A DNA stretch of 64,000 nucleotides from Candidatus Danuiimicrobium aquiferis. Its GTDB lineage: Bacteria > Omnitrophota > Omnitrophia > Omnitrophales > Danuiimicrobiaceae. This document shows positions 1-9,800 of this stretch, in pieces (within the stretch, counting starts at the first letter, position 1; the number at the start of each line of letters is the position of its first letter). The position numbers and the translations under genes were made by a program. The notes under the pieces were generated by a model that saw only the letters and a program-made list of their open reading frames with translations, did no database searches and had not been told where the DNA came from. Where the stretch lies: assembly GCA_001804285.1 (NCBI GenBank), contig MHFR01000008.1, forward strand, positions 2,740 to 66,739. The letters are read 5' to 3'.

Positions 1-1350
1 CGAGAGACACAAAATAACTGGTTTTCGCGAGCGTCGTCGTATCATAATAATTGTATAAAAAGCCGCTCGAATGATGCTCCAGACTTTCAACCGTATTTAA
101 TGTCGCCCGTATCCGTCTCACCGCATCCTTCTTCGAAATAAACCGCAGATCATACGCAGACACAACACACATTAAATAAACGCCGACGTCCGTCACATTT
201 ATGTAATCTCCGATCCAAGCCCCAGAATCAATCGGCTCTCTGCGGCCGAGCTGAATCGTATCAAGGGGAAGCTGATGCTCGCGGTCAATCATTTGGTCAA
301 AAAACTTCCACGTATCGCGCGCCACCATTTTTAAAAATGCCCTATCATTTCTGGGCATCTCAATTTTATTCCAATTAACGGTTGAAAGCTCCCCAAAACA
401 GCCGACTCCAAAACGTGCAAAACTTCCGGCAATTTTCTTCTTCGCATGGACACGGGCATTCACTTCCTTCGGATACCCCTGCAGACGTTTCATCAGAAAT
501 CTCGCGAACTCGATCCCCTGAAGTCCGACCGGAGTTTTCATCATTGCCTGCTCAGGATGCTCCATGATCGTCGGTCCCATATTCCCTGTTTTCACAAAAC
601 GGAAATTATCGAAATAGAGCACGCCTTTTTTCCGCGTCACGCGTCGGCCTTCAAAATTAATCACCAACTCATCCAAATCTTTAAGCGCAAGCAACGGATT
701 GTTCCATATTTCCGGGTTTGTTTGATCGTAAAGACCCGTCATTAAATTAAGGGGAAACGAAACTGTCTGCCAATCAGACGTTATTTCTTTGGCGACCCGA
801 GTCCCTTTAATCTTATTGATCCGCTCATTATTTTTATATTTCTTAAGCTCGACTAAAAACACATTTGTAAACTCCTCGCCGGCAGATCCCTTGACCTCAA
901 ATTGCAAATGATCGTAATCGCTCGCATCCAACCCCATCAATTTGGTCCACACCCCGACATTCGTCGACTGATCGTCATCTAGATTATATGAAATTTTCAA
1001 AGAATGGTTCGAGCCTTTGGCGCCGTCATAGTCAACAACCTGAAGATCGATACTGACTTTGGGATTATCCGTTAAAAGATTCCAGCTACCTGTTTCTCCC
1101 ATTAATGAATTGCGGGACAATCCATCTTCATAGTCATCAATTAAAAGAATCTTTTTTGCATTCAAATCAAACACTTTGGGTTCAACCAAAACAGCAGATG
1201 GTCCGGAAGAAGCTGTCGTCGTTTGTTTTGGCGTCAATTGCCCCTTTGTTCCGACACGAAACACCTTAACTTCCCTTTCGCCGCTTACGGCAAACGGAGC
1301 CATAAGCGAAAAAAGGATTAAAATCGAAATAAACCGGTGAATTTTTTTCA
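1..1350 (-). CDS. Secreted protein, partial (N-terminal ~450 aa; the C-terminus runs off the window start). It has an N-terminal signal peptide, and the later part is glycoside-hydrolase/glucoamylase-like (low confidence).
   Basis: I translated this by hand from the minus strand. The protein starts MKKIHRFISILILFSLMAPFAVSG (signal peptide) at ~1350 and reads ...GDYINVTDVGVYLMCVVSAYDLRF...SGFLYNYYDTTT. The frame is open to position 1. The ORF track does not list it because no stop falls inside the window. Confidence 0.5.
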
Positions 1351-1456
1351 TGATATACGGCCTACTTAATAATTATTTAAAGTGGAATAGTTTAGCGGAT
1401 TTTAAAAAAGAATGGAAGTGAAATTGGATTCCCGCACAATCCGATATTGTGAAAGC

Positions 1457-2503
1457 TCACATATACGATGATAATGCAGCACGGGTTTCTGCGCCGACAA
1501 TTCCATCAGCTTCTATTTTTTTTGCGCGTTGAAAACTGCGGACCGCTTTAACGGTTATCTTGCCATAATAACCCGTTGCTCTTGTATGGAAGTAGCCGGC
1601 GCGCCTCAGGGCTGATTGGATGGCAAAAACATCATTTCCTCGATCTCCGTAAGAAATCAATTCGCGGGGTTTATAACCGCTCATCGCCTGAGCCATCGCT
1701 GTCACGTCGGTCCACAAGCGTTTGCTTCCCAACATCGAAACAATCAACCGTTTACCGGCATACCCGGCCGATCCGACAAAACAATACCCGGCCTGCCGGG
1801 TCCACCCGGTTTTCCCGATCACATCATACCGCCGCCAAAGCATTTTATTATGGCTCTTGAGATAATAAACTTTTCCCTCCGCCGTCCGCATCATGGAAGC
1901 TTTCTTTTTGAGAATCGACGCAATCACAACACTGTTCATCGCTGCACGCATAATCAACGCCAAATCATACACGGTGGAATATTGACCTTCTGCCGGAAGA
2001 CCGCTTGCCTTTTTAAAATTTGAATTTTGGGCGCCAAGCGCAATTGCTTTTTGGTTCATCATTTTCGAAAATTCATATTCAGAACCTGCCGCACCAATCG
2101 CAAGCGCAAGAGCCGCGTCATTTGCCGAATTCATCAGAATCGCCTGTAAAAGATCATACACCTGAATTTTTTCGCCCCCGCGAAGGTAAAGTTTGCTGGG
2201 TTCCACCCCTTCAACCCGCGAACTAATCGTCACCCACTGATCAAGCGGAAGCCGGTCTAAAATCACAAGAGCTGTTAGTATTTTCACGGTACTTGCGGGT
2301 GCGCGTTTCACATTGGGCGATTTGCTATACAAAACTGCACCCGTACTTTCGTCCATAATCACAGCAGATGGAGCTGTCAGATATACACTCATCGCCTCTG
2401 CTTGCGGAACCGGACAAAGAGGACACTGAAGTGCGATCAACACCGGAATTAAAACACCGGTCAGCCACTTATTGAACTTAAAACTTGCAGTTTTCTTCAT
2501 CAT
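1457..2503 (-). CDS. D-alanyl-D-alanine carboxypeptidase (S11, PBP5-like) with a C-terminal peptidoglycan-binding domain.
   Basis: The SxxK motif is ASTVK, the SxN motif is NSANDAA and the KTG motif is GKTGWT. The C-terminal region GDRGNDVFAIQSALRRAGYF...GIVGAETRAAL looks like a PG_binding_1 domain. There is an N-terminal signal/TM segment. Confidence 0.85.
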   Translation of the reverse strand: MMKKTASFKFNKWLTGVLIPVLIALQCPLCPVPQAEAMSVYLTAPSAVIMDESTGAVLYSKSPNVKRAPASTVKILTALVILDRLPLDQWVTISSRVEGVEPSKLYLRGGEKIQVYDLLQAILMNSANDAALALAIGAAGSEYEFSKMMNQKAIALGAQNSNFKKASGLPAEGQYSTVYDLALIMRAAMNSVVIASILKKKASMMRTAEGKVYYLKSHNKMLWRRYDVIGKTGWTRQAGYCFVGSAGYAGKRLIVSMLGSKRLWTDVTAMAQAMSGYKPRELISYGDRGNDVFAIQSALRRAGYFHTRATGYYGKITVKAVRSFQRAKKIEADGIVGAETRAALSSYM

Positions 2504-2654
2504 TTTTAATCAATTATATAAATTCGGGGGACTCACTCAACGTTGAAATCAATCATTTCACTTTCATAATTTACGGCAGAAAAAGCGCGTTCTTTACCTA
2601 AAAACCCTTCAAACAATCCGGAAAAACGATCACACAACGAAACCTGTGTTCTTT

Positions 2655-2850
2655 CATTGCTCACTTCATGTCATCCCCGCCCTTAACAACCCATGAATCT
2701 TTCATAGGAAGTTAACGACGGTACTGACCGCCTATTTAAATAGTAATTATGTTTTCAATGTGTGTCAGTGCCGCGAAAGCGGGGATCCAGCAGAATCTAA
2801 AAACAACTCGGATGGATTCCCGCTTTCGCGGGAATGACAAATGGATACAA
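2655..2850. repeat. Cluster of palindromic REP-like elements (gtcatccccgcgaaagcggggatccag / ctggattcccgctttcgcgggaatgac), arranged head-to-head.
   Basis: The same 25–28 nt hairpin unit (tcccgcgaaagcggga) recurs at 44690–44780 and at 50500–50620, with a variant at 48720–48800. It translates as DSRFRGND / IPAFAGMT in spurious ORFs. Confidence 0.7.
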
Positions 2851-2882
2851 TTTAAATTGTACGATCGCAAAAAACCCGCAGG

Positions 2883-4484
2883 TTACTTCTCTGCATACAC
2901 ACGCCAATCAACGTCAGAAAATAGATTATTCTTGTTTTCAATTTTGAGCAGCCATTCCAAATCGAGCGAATTATTTTGTATCCCTTCATATATTCGCGTA
3001 AAGTTTTGAATATGTTCGATCACGCGTTTTTTTGCATAATCAACCGTCGTCCCCATCTTCATAATAAAGGCCCAGTCACTCGACTCTGCAAGCAAAAGTT
3101 CTCGTGCCGCCTGTCTTAAAATCCGGTCAATCATCCCGCTGGCGTGACTGAAACGCTCGGCAAGTTCGGTCATCCGCGCACTTGCTTGATGGACATGCCG
3201 GTAAACCCAGTCATTTGAACCATCAAGCCAAACCTCGCTATATCCCATATACCCCCAACTTGAAAAAGAGGGGGTCACCAATTGATTCGTCCGATGGGCT
3301 TTCAAATATTCTTTGGCGGTCGTTAATTGCAGCACATCCGATTCTTCGGCTACGGTTCGAATCACATACTCAAGAAATTTGGGGCCCTCATACCACCAAT
3401 GCCCAAACAGCTCGGCGTCATAGGGAGAAACAATCACGGGGACACGGCCGCCCAAACAATCATACAGACGTTCAGCATGCCGCTCGCGGTATTTGACAAA
3501 ATGATGCGCATGATTTTTCGCTTTCGTCATCGCTTGTTTTGGGGCATAAATTTCTTTATGATCCCCTTTGCCGGTGATCCGATAATATTTAATTCCCAGA
3601 TTCGCTCGGATTCCTTCTCCATGCAAATAAGGCTTCACAATATCCAGAGGCAAGTCAAATCCTACATCCCGATAGAATTCGCGGTAATCGTAATCACCCG
3701 GATATCCTTCCTCTGCCGACCACACTTGTTTAGAGGAATCCAGATCCCGCCCGAAAGCCGCCACACCCGACGGACAATACACCGGTGCGTAAACGCCATA
3801 TTTCGGCCGCGGAGTTCCATGTAAAATCCCGTGTGCATCGAGAAAAAAATATTTGATACCGTTTTCATTAAGCAACCGGTCAATCCCTGGTTGGAAACCG
3901 CATTCGGGAAGCCATATTCCGCTGGGCGGGCGGCCAAACAACCGTTCGTATTGATCGCATGCAATCGCAATTTGTGCGCGAGCTGATGCCGGCACCGTTT
4001 CCATATTCGGCAAAAAGCCATGAGTCGCCCCGCACGTAATAATATCAAGTCTTCCCTGATCCTGGAATTTCCGGAATGCTTGTATTAAGTTGCAGCGGTA
4101 TTGGTTTTTATATAAATTGAGAGATTGTTTGTAACTTTCGTGATACATTTCGGCCAACGCACGAAAATCAGGCTGGCCTTTAGTCCTCACAACTTCTTTT
4201 CCGGAAAGTTCGATGAGCCCGTTCAGCCGTTTGATATACCGTTCTTGAAGCAACGGATCTACGAGCATAGCAGCCAGCGGCGGACTGATCGTCATGGTAA
4301 GGCTGTAATTCAAGCGGTCATGTTCAAATCGCTCCATCATCCGGATGAGCGGAATATAAGTTTCCGTAATGGCTTCGAAAAGCCAATCTTCTTCCATGAA
4401 ATTCTGATATTCCGGATGCCGGACGAACGGAAGATGCGCATGTAAAAGCAGTAATAGATATCCTTTTTTCATCGGGCCTTTCAT
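2883..4484 (-). CDS. GH57-family 1,4-alpha-glucan branching enzyme.
   Basis: The N-terminal signature LLLLHAHLPFVRHPE matches the GH57 branching enzymes (DUF1957-type). The length is ~530 aa. The start may be the internal MKKGYLL. Confidence 0.8.
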   Translation of the reverse strand: MKGPMKKGYLLLLLHAHLPFVRHPEYQNFMEEDWLFEAITETYIPLIRMMERFEHDRLNYSLTMTISPPLAAMLVDPLLQERYIKRLNGLIELSGKEVVRTKGQPDFRALAEMYHESYKQSLNLYKNQYRCNLIQAFRKFQDQGRLDIITCGATHGFLPNMETVPASARAQIAIACDQYERLFGRPPSGIWLPECGFQPGIDRLLNENGIKYFFLDAHGILHGTPRPKYGVYAPVYCPSGVAAFGRDLDSSKQVWSAEEGYPGDYDYREFYRDVGFDLPLDIVKPYLHGEGIRANLGIKYYRITGKGDHKEIYAPKQAMTKAKNHAHHFVKYRERHAERLYDCLGGRVPVIVSPYDAELFGHWWYEGPKFLEYVIRTVAEESDVLQLTTAKEYLKAHRTNQLVTPSFSSWGYMGYSEVWLDGSNDWVYRHVHQASARMTELAERFSHASGMIDRILRQAARELLLAESSDWAFIMKMGTTVDYAKKRVIEHIQNFTRIYEGIQNNSLDLEWLLKIENKNNLFSDVDWRVYAEK

Positions 4485-4524
4485 AGATATTTCATTAACG
4501 GCAAATTTTTCAAGAGATGAAGAC

Positions 4525-5346
4525 TTAAGAAGGAGATTTTGGAGTTCGTTTGAGAAACTCCGGCGATGAAATATTTTGTTCCCACATACTCCTCAGTTTT
4601 TTGGAGCGAATCACATCCAGGCTGGACTCTCCGCGGTTATATCCTCCGGACAATCTATAAATTTCCTCATAATTATCTGTCATCCATGATTCATCTATAA
4701 CGGTGGACGGCCGGTCACGCGGCGTATGAATCCGGTTGCTTCTGGCAATCACATATAAATTACTCTCAGGATCTATCAGGCCCAAATCCGCAATCCACTC
4801 CCTGTCCGGATGATTAAGCTGCAGATACCAATTCTTTGCGTCCAATAAAATTTCGAAATCATAATAATGATTCGCATTATTTCCCTTCCAATCGATTCCG
4901 GTAATGTCATAAACTCTCAAAACCGTACGCAACACACCCGGCCGCGCACGCAAAAGCATCATCATTTGATCCCACGTCTCTCCCGAAAAATCCCAATAGG
5001 AATAGGCCCAAACCGGATCGCGCACAATCAAAACAAGTTTTGTTTGGTTGTAACTAAACGCAAGGTTTTCTAAACTTGCACTTTGCGGTACGGAAGATTT
5101 CTGGGCTGACAACCCTTCTTTTTTAATCATTCCGGACGACGTCGGTGACGAGGCTTCGGATGCGCCGGTTTGTGATTGATCCAGAAAAATGGTTTTTCCC
5201 GCCGTTTGCGGCTTTTTTTTCAGTTCAATGTCAGGCACAGAAGACGTTTGAGATGCTTTGGACACAGTTTTCTTAATTTTTTCTTTTTCCTTCCGGGAAG
5301 CCGCTTTTCGTTTCCCCTGCTCACTTGTCACAGCATTTCTCCTCAA
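4525..5346 (-). CDS. Hypothetical protein, GH57-associated (DUF4912-like). It has a Lys/Ser-rich N-terminal tail.
   Basis: The ORF lies immediately downstream of the GH57 gene on the same strand. Its conserved core reads VRDPVWAYSYWDFSGETWDQ...; the DUF4912 assignment is from memory of typical GH57 neighbours. Confidence 0.45.
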   Translation of the reverse strand: MRRNAVTSEQGKRKAASRKEKEKIKKTVSKASQTSSVPDIELKKKPQTAGKTIFLDQSQTGASEASSPTSSGMIKKEGLSAQKSSVPQSASLENLAFSYNQTKLVLIVRDPVWAYSYWDFSGETWDQMMMLLRARPGVLRTVLRVYDITGIDWKGNNANHYYDFEILLDAKNWYLQLNHPDREWIADLGLIDPESNLYVIARSNRIHTPRDRPSTVIDESWMTDNYEEIYRLSGGYNRGESSLDVIRSKKLRSMWEQNISSPEFLKRTPKSPS

Positions 5347-5357
5347 TCACCGTTGTT

Positions 5358-6651
5358 TTATTTTCTTATGTCAATGGGAACGTAATCGGTTCGTTCCGGT
5401 CCCACATAAATTTGCCGGGGACGGCCGATTTTAGCCGGTTTCGACTCGCGCATTTCTTTCCAATGCGTAATCCATCCGGGCAGCCGCCCGATCGCAAACA
5501 TCACCGGAAACATATTGGTAGGAATCCCAATCGCTTTCAGCACAATCCCGCTATAGAAATCCACATTGGGATATAGATTACGCTTAATAAAATATTCTTC
5601 TCTCAGCGCCCGCTCTTCCAGTTTCATCGCAATTTCAAGAAGCGGATCCGTTCCTTTATGCTTCCGCAAAATCTTATGGCAGTACTCTTTAATAATTTTA
5701 GCTCTTGGATCATAGGTTTTGTAAATCCTGTGTCCAAAACCGGATAGCCGTTTCGACGAATTCGGAATCATTGCCTCGCTCAAATATGAATCAATGTTGC
5801 CGCCCGCTTGATGAATTTCTTCTAACATTTCCATCACATCCTGATTCGCTCCGCCGTGGATCGGTCCTGACAGCGCGGAAATTCCGGCGGCAATCGAAGC
5901 ATAAATATTGGCACGTGCACTGCCGACGAGGCGCACCGTTGACGTGCTGCAATTTTGCTCGTGGTCGGCATGGAGAATAAACAAAATATTGAGCGCCCGC
6001 TCCGCGTCCACATCGATGTTAAAATCCTCATACGGAAGCGAAAACATCATGTGAAGAAAATTCGCGCAATACTTCAAATCACGGCGCGGATAAATGAACG
6101 GCTGGCCGATCGAACGTTTGTAGGAATATGCGGCAATCGTCCGCACTTTCGCCATCAATTTAATCGCTGTTTGCTTATACACTTCATCGTCTTCAGCGGG
6201 ATCTTTCGGTGTCGGATGAAAACCGGACAGAGCACAGACAACCGACGACAGAATCACCATCGGATGAGTTGTACTTGGAAATCCGTAAAAGAAATGTCTT
6301 ACATCATCATGGAGCGCGGCATTTTCCGTCAATCCGGCCGAAAACCAATTAAGTTCAGCCTCGGTCGGCAGTTGTCCAAACAAAAGCAAATATGCCGTCT
6401 CTATAAACCGCGAATTTTCCGCCAATTGTTCCACCGGAATTCCGCGGTAACGCAGAATCCCTTTTTCTCCGTCGATATAACAAATCGCGCTTTGGCAGGA
6501 TCCTGTATTGCCAAAAGCAGGATCGTATGTAATATACGATGTCTTTGATCTTAACTCGCTCACATCAATTCCGCTGTCGCCTTCCGTCCCGTGAACGACC
6601 GGCAATTCATAGGCCTTCCCGTCAATTTTTAATTCAGCTTTGTCTGCCACA
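5358..6651 (-). CDS. gltA: Citrate synthase.
   Basis: The protein aligns along its length to type II citrate synthase (…GIPVEQLAE…HADHEQNCSTSTVRLVGSA…GFGHRIYK…DPRA…). The ORF track extends the N-terminus to 6788 through a palindromic repeat (translation PHPNPLPEGEGRGEG). A GTG at ~6649 preceded by AGAGG is the more likely start. Confidence 0.88.
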
Positions 6652-6681
6652 ATTATTACCTCTTCGTTAAAAGAATAACAC

Positions 6682-6730
6682 CCCTCACCCCTGCCCTCTC
6701 CCTCAGGGAGAGGGTTAGGGTGAGGGGCAA
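6682..6730. repeat. Palindromic repeat cccctcacccctgccctctccctcagggagagggttagggtgagggg.
   Basis: This is a perfect-ish inverted repeat. A second copy lies at 50395–50440. Confidence 0.7.
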
Positions 6731-6789
6731 ATTTATCTCGATACCATTTAAGGGCGATAATATACAGGAAAACAATTAATTGCGCCAAT

Positions 6790-6850
6790 GTTTTTAGCGG
6801 TTAGCGGACAAAATGTCGCTCACTAAACGCTCTACGCTATACGCTAACTT
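6790..6850 (-). terminator. Hairpin (gttagcg…cgctaac) immediately downstream of the giant-gene stop.
   Basis: An inverted repeat is visible directly 3' of the TAA at 6851–6853 on the minus strand. There is no obvious U-tract, so this may be a processing or terminator structure. Confidence 0.35.
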
Positions 6851-9800
6851 TTAAGCCGCAACTTCAACGGCTTTCTTGACTACCTGGAACATCTCAAGGA
6901 TCGTCAGGATATCGCCTAAACGTTCTGGATTCAGCGATAAACTGAGGCGGGAACCCGTTCCGTCTACAAGGCGTATTAATAGATAATCATCCGTAAGCTT
7001 CCTGATAGTTTCGGCATCGGGCTTCCCGGCCGCGACAAGGCCGAAGGCAATCTGCGCTCGCAGATATTCAGCAGGGACAATTTGTAGAGAATTGTCGATC
7101 AAAAATCTGTGCGCCGCCGTTGCAAGATATCCATTAAATACACTCGCCATTCCCGCAACCTGCGCGGTATTGCTTCGCCCCTCAATCGAATTGAAATCAC
7201 CTTTCTGTCCGCTCTTCAGATACAGGCTTTGCGCCTTCTGAAGCAGCCGGTTTACCCAGCGCTGGTCTTTCCTGTAAGAACCACTGCGGACAACTTGATC
7301 AACAAAAGCTGCGTAATCATTCACTTCTCCAAAAAGAAAAACACGGCTGTTAAATTGCTGATTTATTTTTTCGCGGATGTTTTCAGGAATTTTAAAAGGC
7401 GCGGCGAAAACCATAACTTTATACGGATGATTCTCCACCATCGATTGAACGCCCTCAAGCACCGCCGACAGATCATCAACGTTCATCTCCGCCAGAACCG
7501 GATAATAATTCACGCCAAATTCTCCGTGCCGCACAAGAGCAATCCGCTCGAACATTTTAATTTGTTGCTCGGTATATTTTTTTCCAAGCACTTCAAATTC
7601 CTTTTGCGTCAAACCTTGTCCCACCGATTCTTCCGCAAATGCTTCCGGAATGACCTGTCGGTAAATTTCATTCGCCATTTTTCCTAAATGAAGTCCGGCG
7701 ATCCGCCTCACCGCCCGCGCCACGTCGACCTGCGAACGAATGGATTCCGTTTCGAGTTCCGGGTTTCGGGCGGCCTTGCGAACATCATTGCGAGATATCG
7801 GCCCAACCACGGCCAGAGCGAAAGGTTTGCGCGCTACGCCGCGCGATTCAGAACGGGACATTCCTGGCAATACTACTTGAATCAAGCGAAGATGTCGTAA
7901 CCTGTCTACCGATATCATATTCCGTGATATCGATGGATCTAACTGAGAAATATCCTCATCCACCATCACAAGCCACGCCCGAGAAAGTTCTGAAACAGGA
8001 ACAGCTTTTTTCGTCTTCGCACCTTCAAATTCGTACCGCTCAGCAACAGCCTTTGTCATTTCAAACAAGACTCCTAGACGGCCCGGCACTAAATCGGTAG
8101 CGTTTTCAATTGAATGAAACAGGTATTGAAAATTAGCCCATAACGTATTCTCCGAAGGATCATTTGTTTTAACAGCACCTGTTTCGAGAGCATCCTTTAA
8201 ACCATCTTCCGCTTTAACGCCCCGATAAAAGAAACCTCCCTCTATATAGTCATCTGTCCGTGTCCGGGGATCCGGGAAATAATCAAAGAAATTAAATGGC
8301 ACTGCCCCTCGGATTGCCGCTTCAGCATCCTCCAGAGACTTAACTTCCGGCTTATCAGAAAACAAATCAGGCATCCTCTGCGTCTTCGGCGTCTGCCGCA
8401 GCTCGGCCCGTCCGCCTTCGGCGGGAGTTGCAAGTTTCGAGTTTAAAGTTTGAAGTTTACTTCTTCCATCCAACTTCGAACTTCGGGCACTTTGCCGCCC
8501 TTTAGGGGTAACTTTAAACTTTAAACTTGATTCATTGCGCGCTTCGGCCCTTGGTGGAGACGAAGTCGACGACGTCATGGAACGCGCAGGTTTTGTTGCG
8601 AAAAATATTAATTGTTTTCCTCCTCTTGAATCTGTTGCTTCCATTATCTTGATATGTCGAAAGCCATTACGAAAGAAAAGCCCTTTTAATTTTTGTGGTG
8701 TATACATTTCATAAAATCGAAAACCAAGCCCCTCAGATTGTCCGCTTGGATTTTTTGTGTCTAACAGATGAATGCCTTCTCCCGATTTTACAAGTCCGAC
8801 ATAAATCCCTCTTACCTTAAGCGCTTCGAAAGCATTACGCACCACTAAATCTGCTCCATGTTGAGAATCAATAATAGGAATGTGATGAAGACTGGCCCAA
8901 TCACGGACAACATCAAATGAAGATTCCTTTTCTTCACTTAACGGATCTTCCATATCCATAGTTTGGAGCTTGATTTGAGGCGAAATAACGTGTTTACGCA
9001 AATACGCAATTGATTCTGCAGCATTATCAATAGCGGTAACAACGACATCGCCTCGTTTGCTAAACCAGCTCAAGTCCCGGAGTGATGGACCTCTTTCCAA
9101 AATTTGATATGGCGGCTTAAAAGCTGGTAGAACTTTTTTAGAATGAGATCTTCGCGCAAGCCGAATAAAAAGTTGCTTCAACGCTGTTAAGTCATAAGAT
9201 TCAAAACTCGTTCGGAGCTCCGTGAAAAAATGCGGATTTTTATTATACGTATTACGGGTCACTTCTTTTATTTGCTGCCAAAGTGATACTGCGCGTTTAA
9301 AGCGATCCATCTGCTGTAACGAGGAACTGCTGTTAAGAGTGTCCATCTCTAATACAAATTGTTTGTATAGGTCTTCAACGTTGCGCAGATCGGAGAGATG
9401 CCTCAATGCATCTCCCGAAGCAGTGCTTGAATCAGCCGAATTCAAGCGCATCTCGGAGCGCACCTGAGAACGGGTAATGGCTGCGGTAACCGTTTTTTCA
9501 ATTTCTGGATCGTGCTTTAACGCTGACAAATACGGCATAGTTATCTTGGCTTCCGAGGCAATTCTCATTTGAGTAAGATTGCGCTCGTTCTCCAATCTTT
9601 CAATGGCTTTCTTGAGGCGTTCGACGGCTGGCTTTGCCCTTTTGTTCTTTTTGATTCCATATTTTTTGAGATCACGAGGGTACGCGCTAAAATGATCCGA
9701 AAGACCCACTTGACTGACGCCAATAACTTCCGCCGCTTCCGTAATATTCAAACCTTGAAGCGCGCCCTTGCCATGTTCTTCGAGACGTTGCGGAATAAAA

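Noticed and set aside
3182-4445. Plus-strand ORFs 3182..3496, 3327..3824 and 4125..4445, and minus-strand 3662..4048, inside the GH57 gene.
   Set aside because: They overlap a strongly supported GH57 CDS in other frames or on the other strand, and they have no motifs.
5705-6548. Plus-strand ORFs 5705..5980 and 5955..6548, and minus-strand 5834..6031, inside citrate synthase.
   Set aside because: They are antisense or alternative-frame ORFs within a well-supported gltA CDS.
7109-7900. Plus-strand ORFs 7109..7687 and 7688..7900 (and many similar 60–190-aa plus-strand ORFs between 7 and 46 kb, such as 21683..22141, 32543..33013 and 42137..42604).
   Set aside because: They are antisense shadow ORFs within regions where the minus strand encodes recognisable domains. 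Their composition is low-complexity or Arg/His/Phe-rich and they contain no recognisable motifs. The exceptions are the four DUF433/DUF5615 ORFs, which are annotated.
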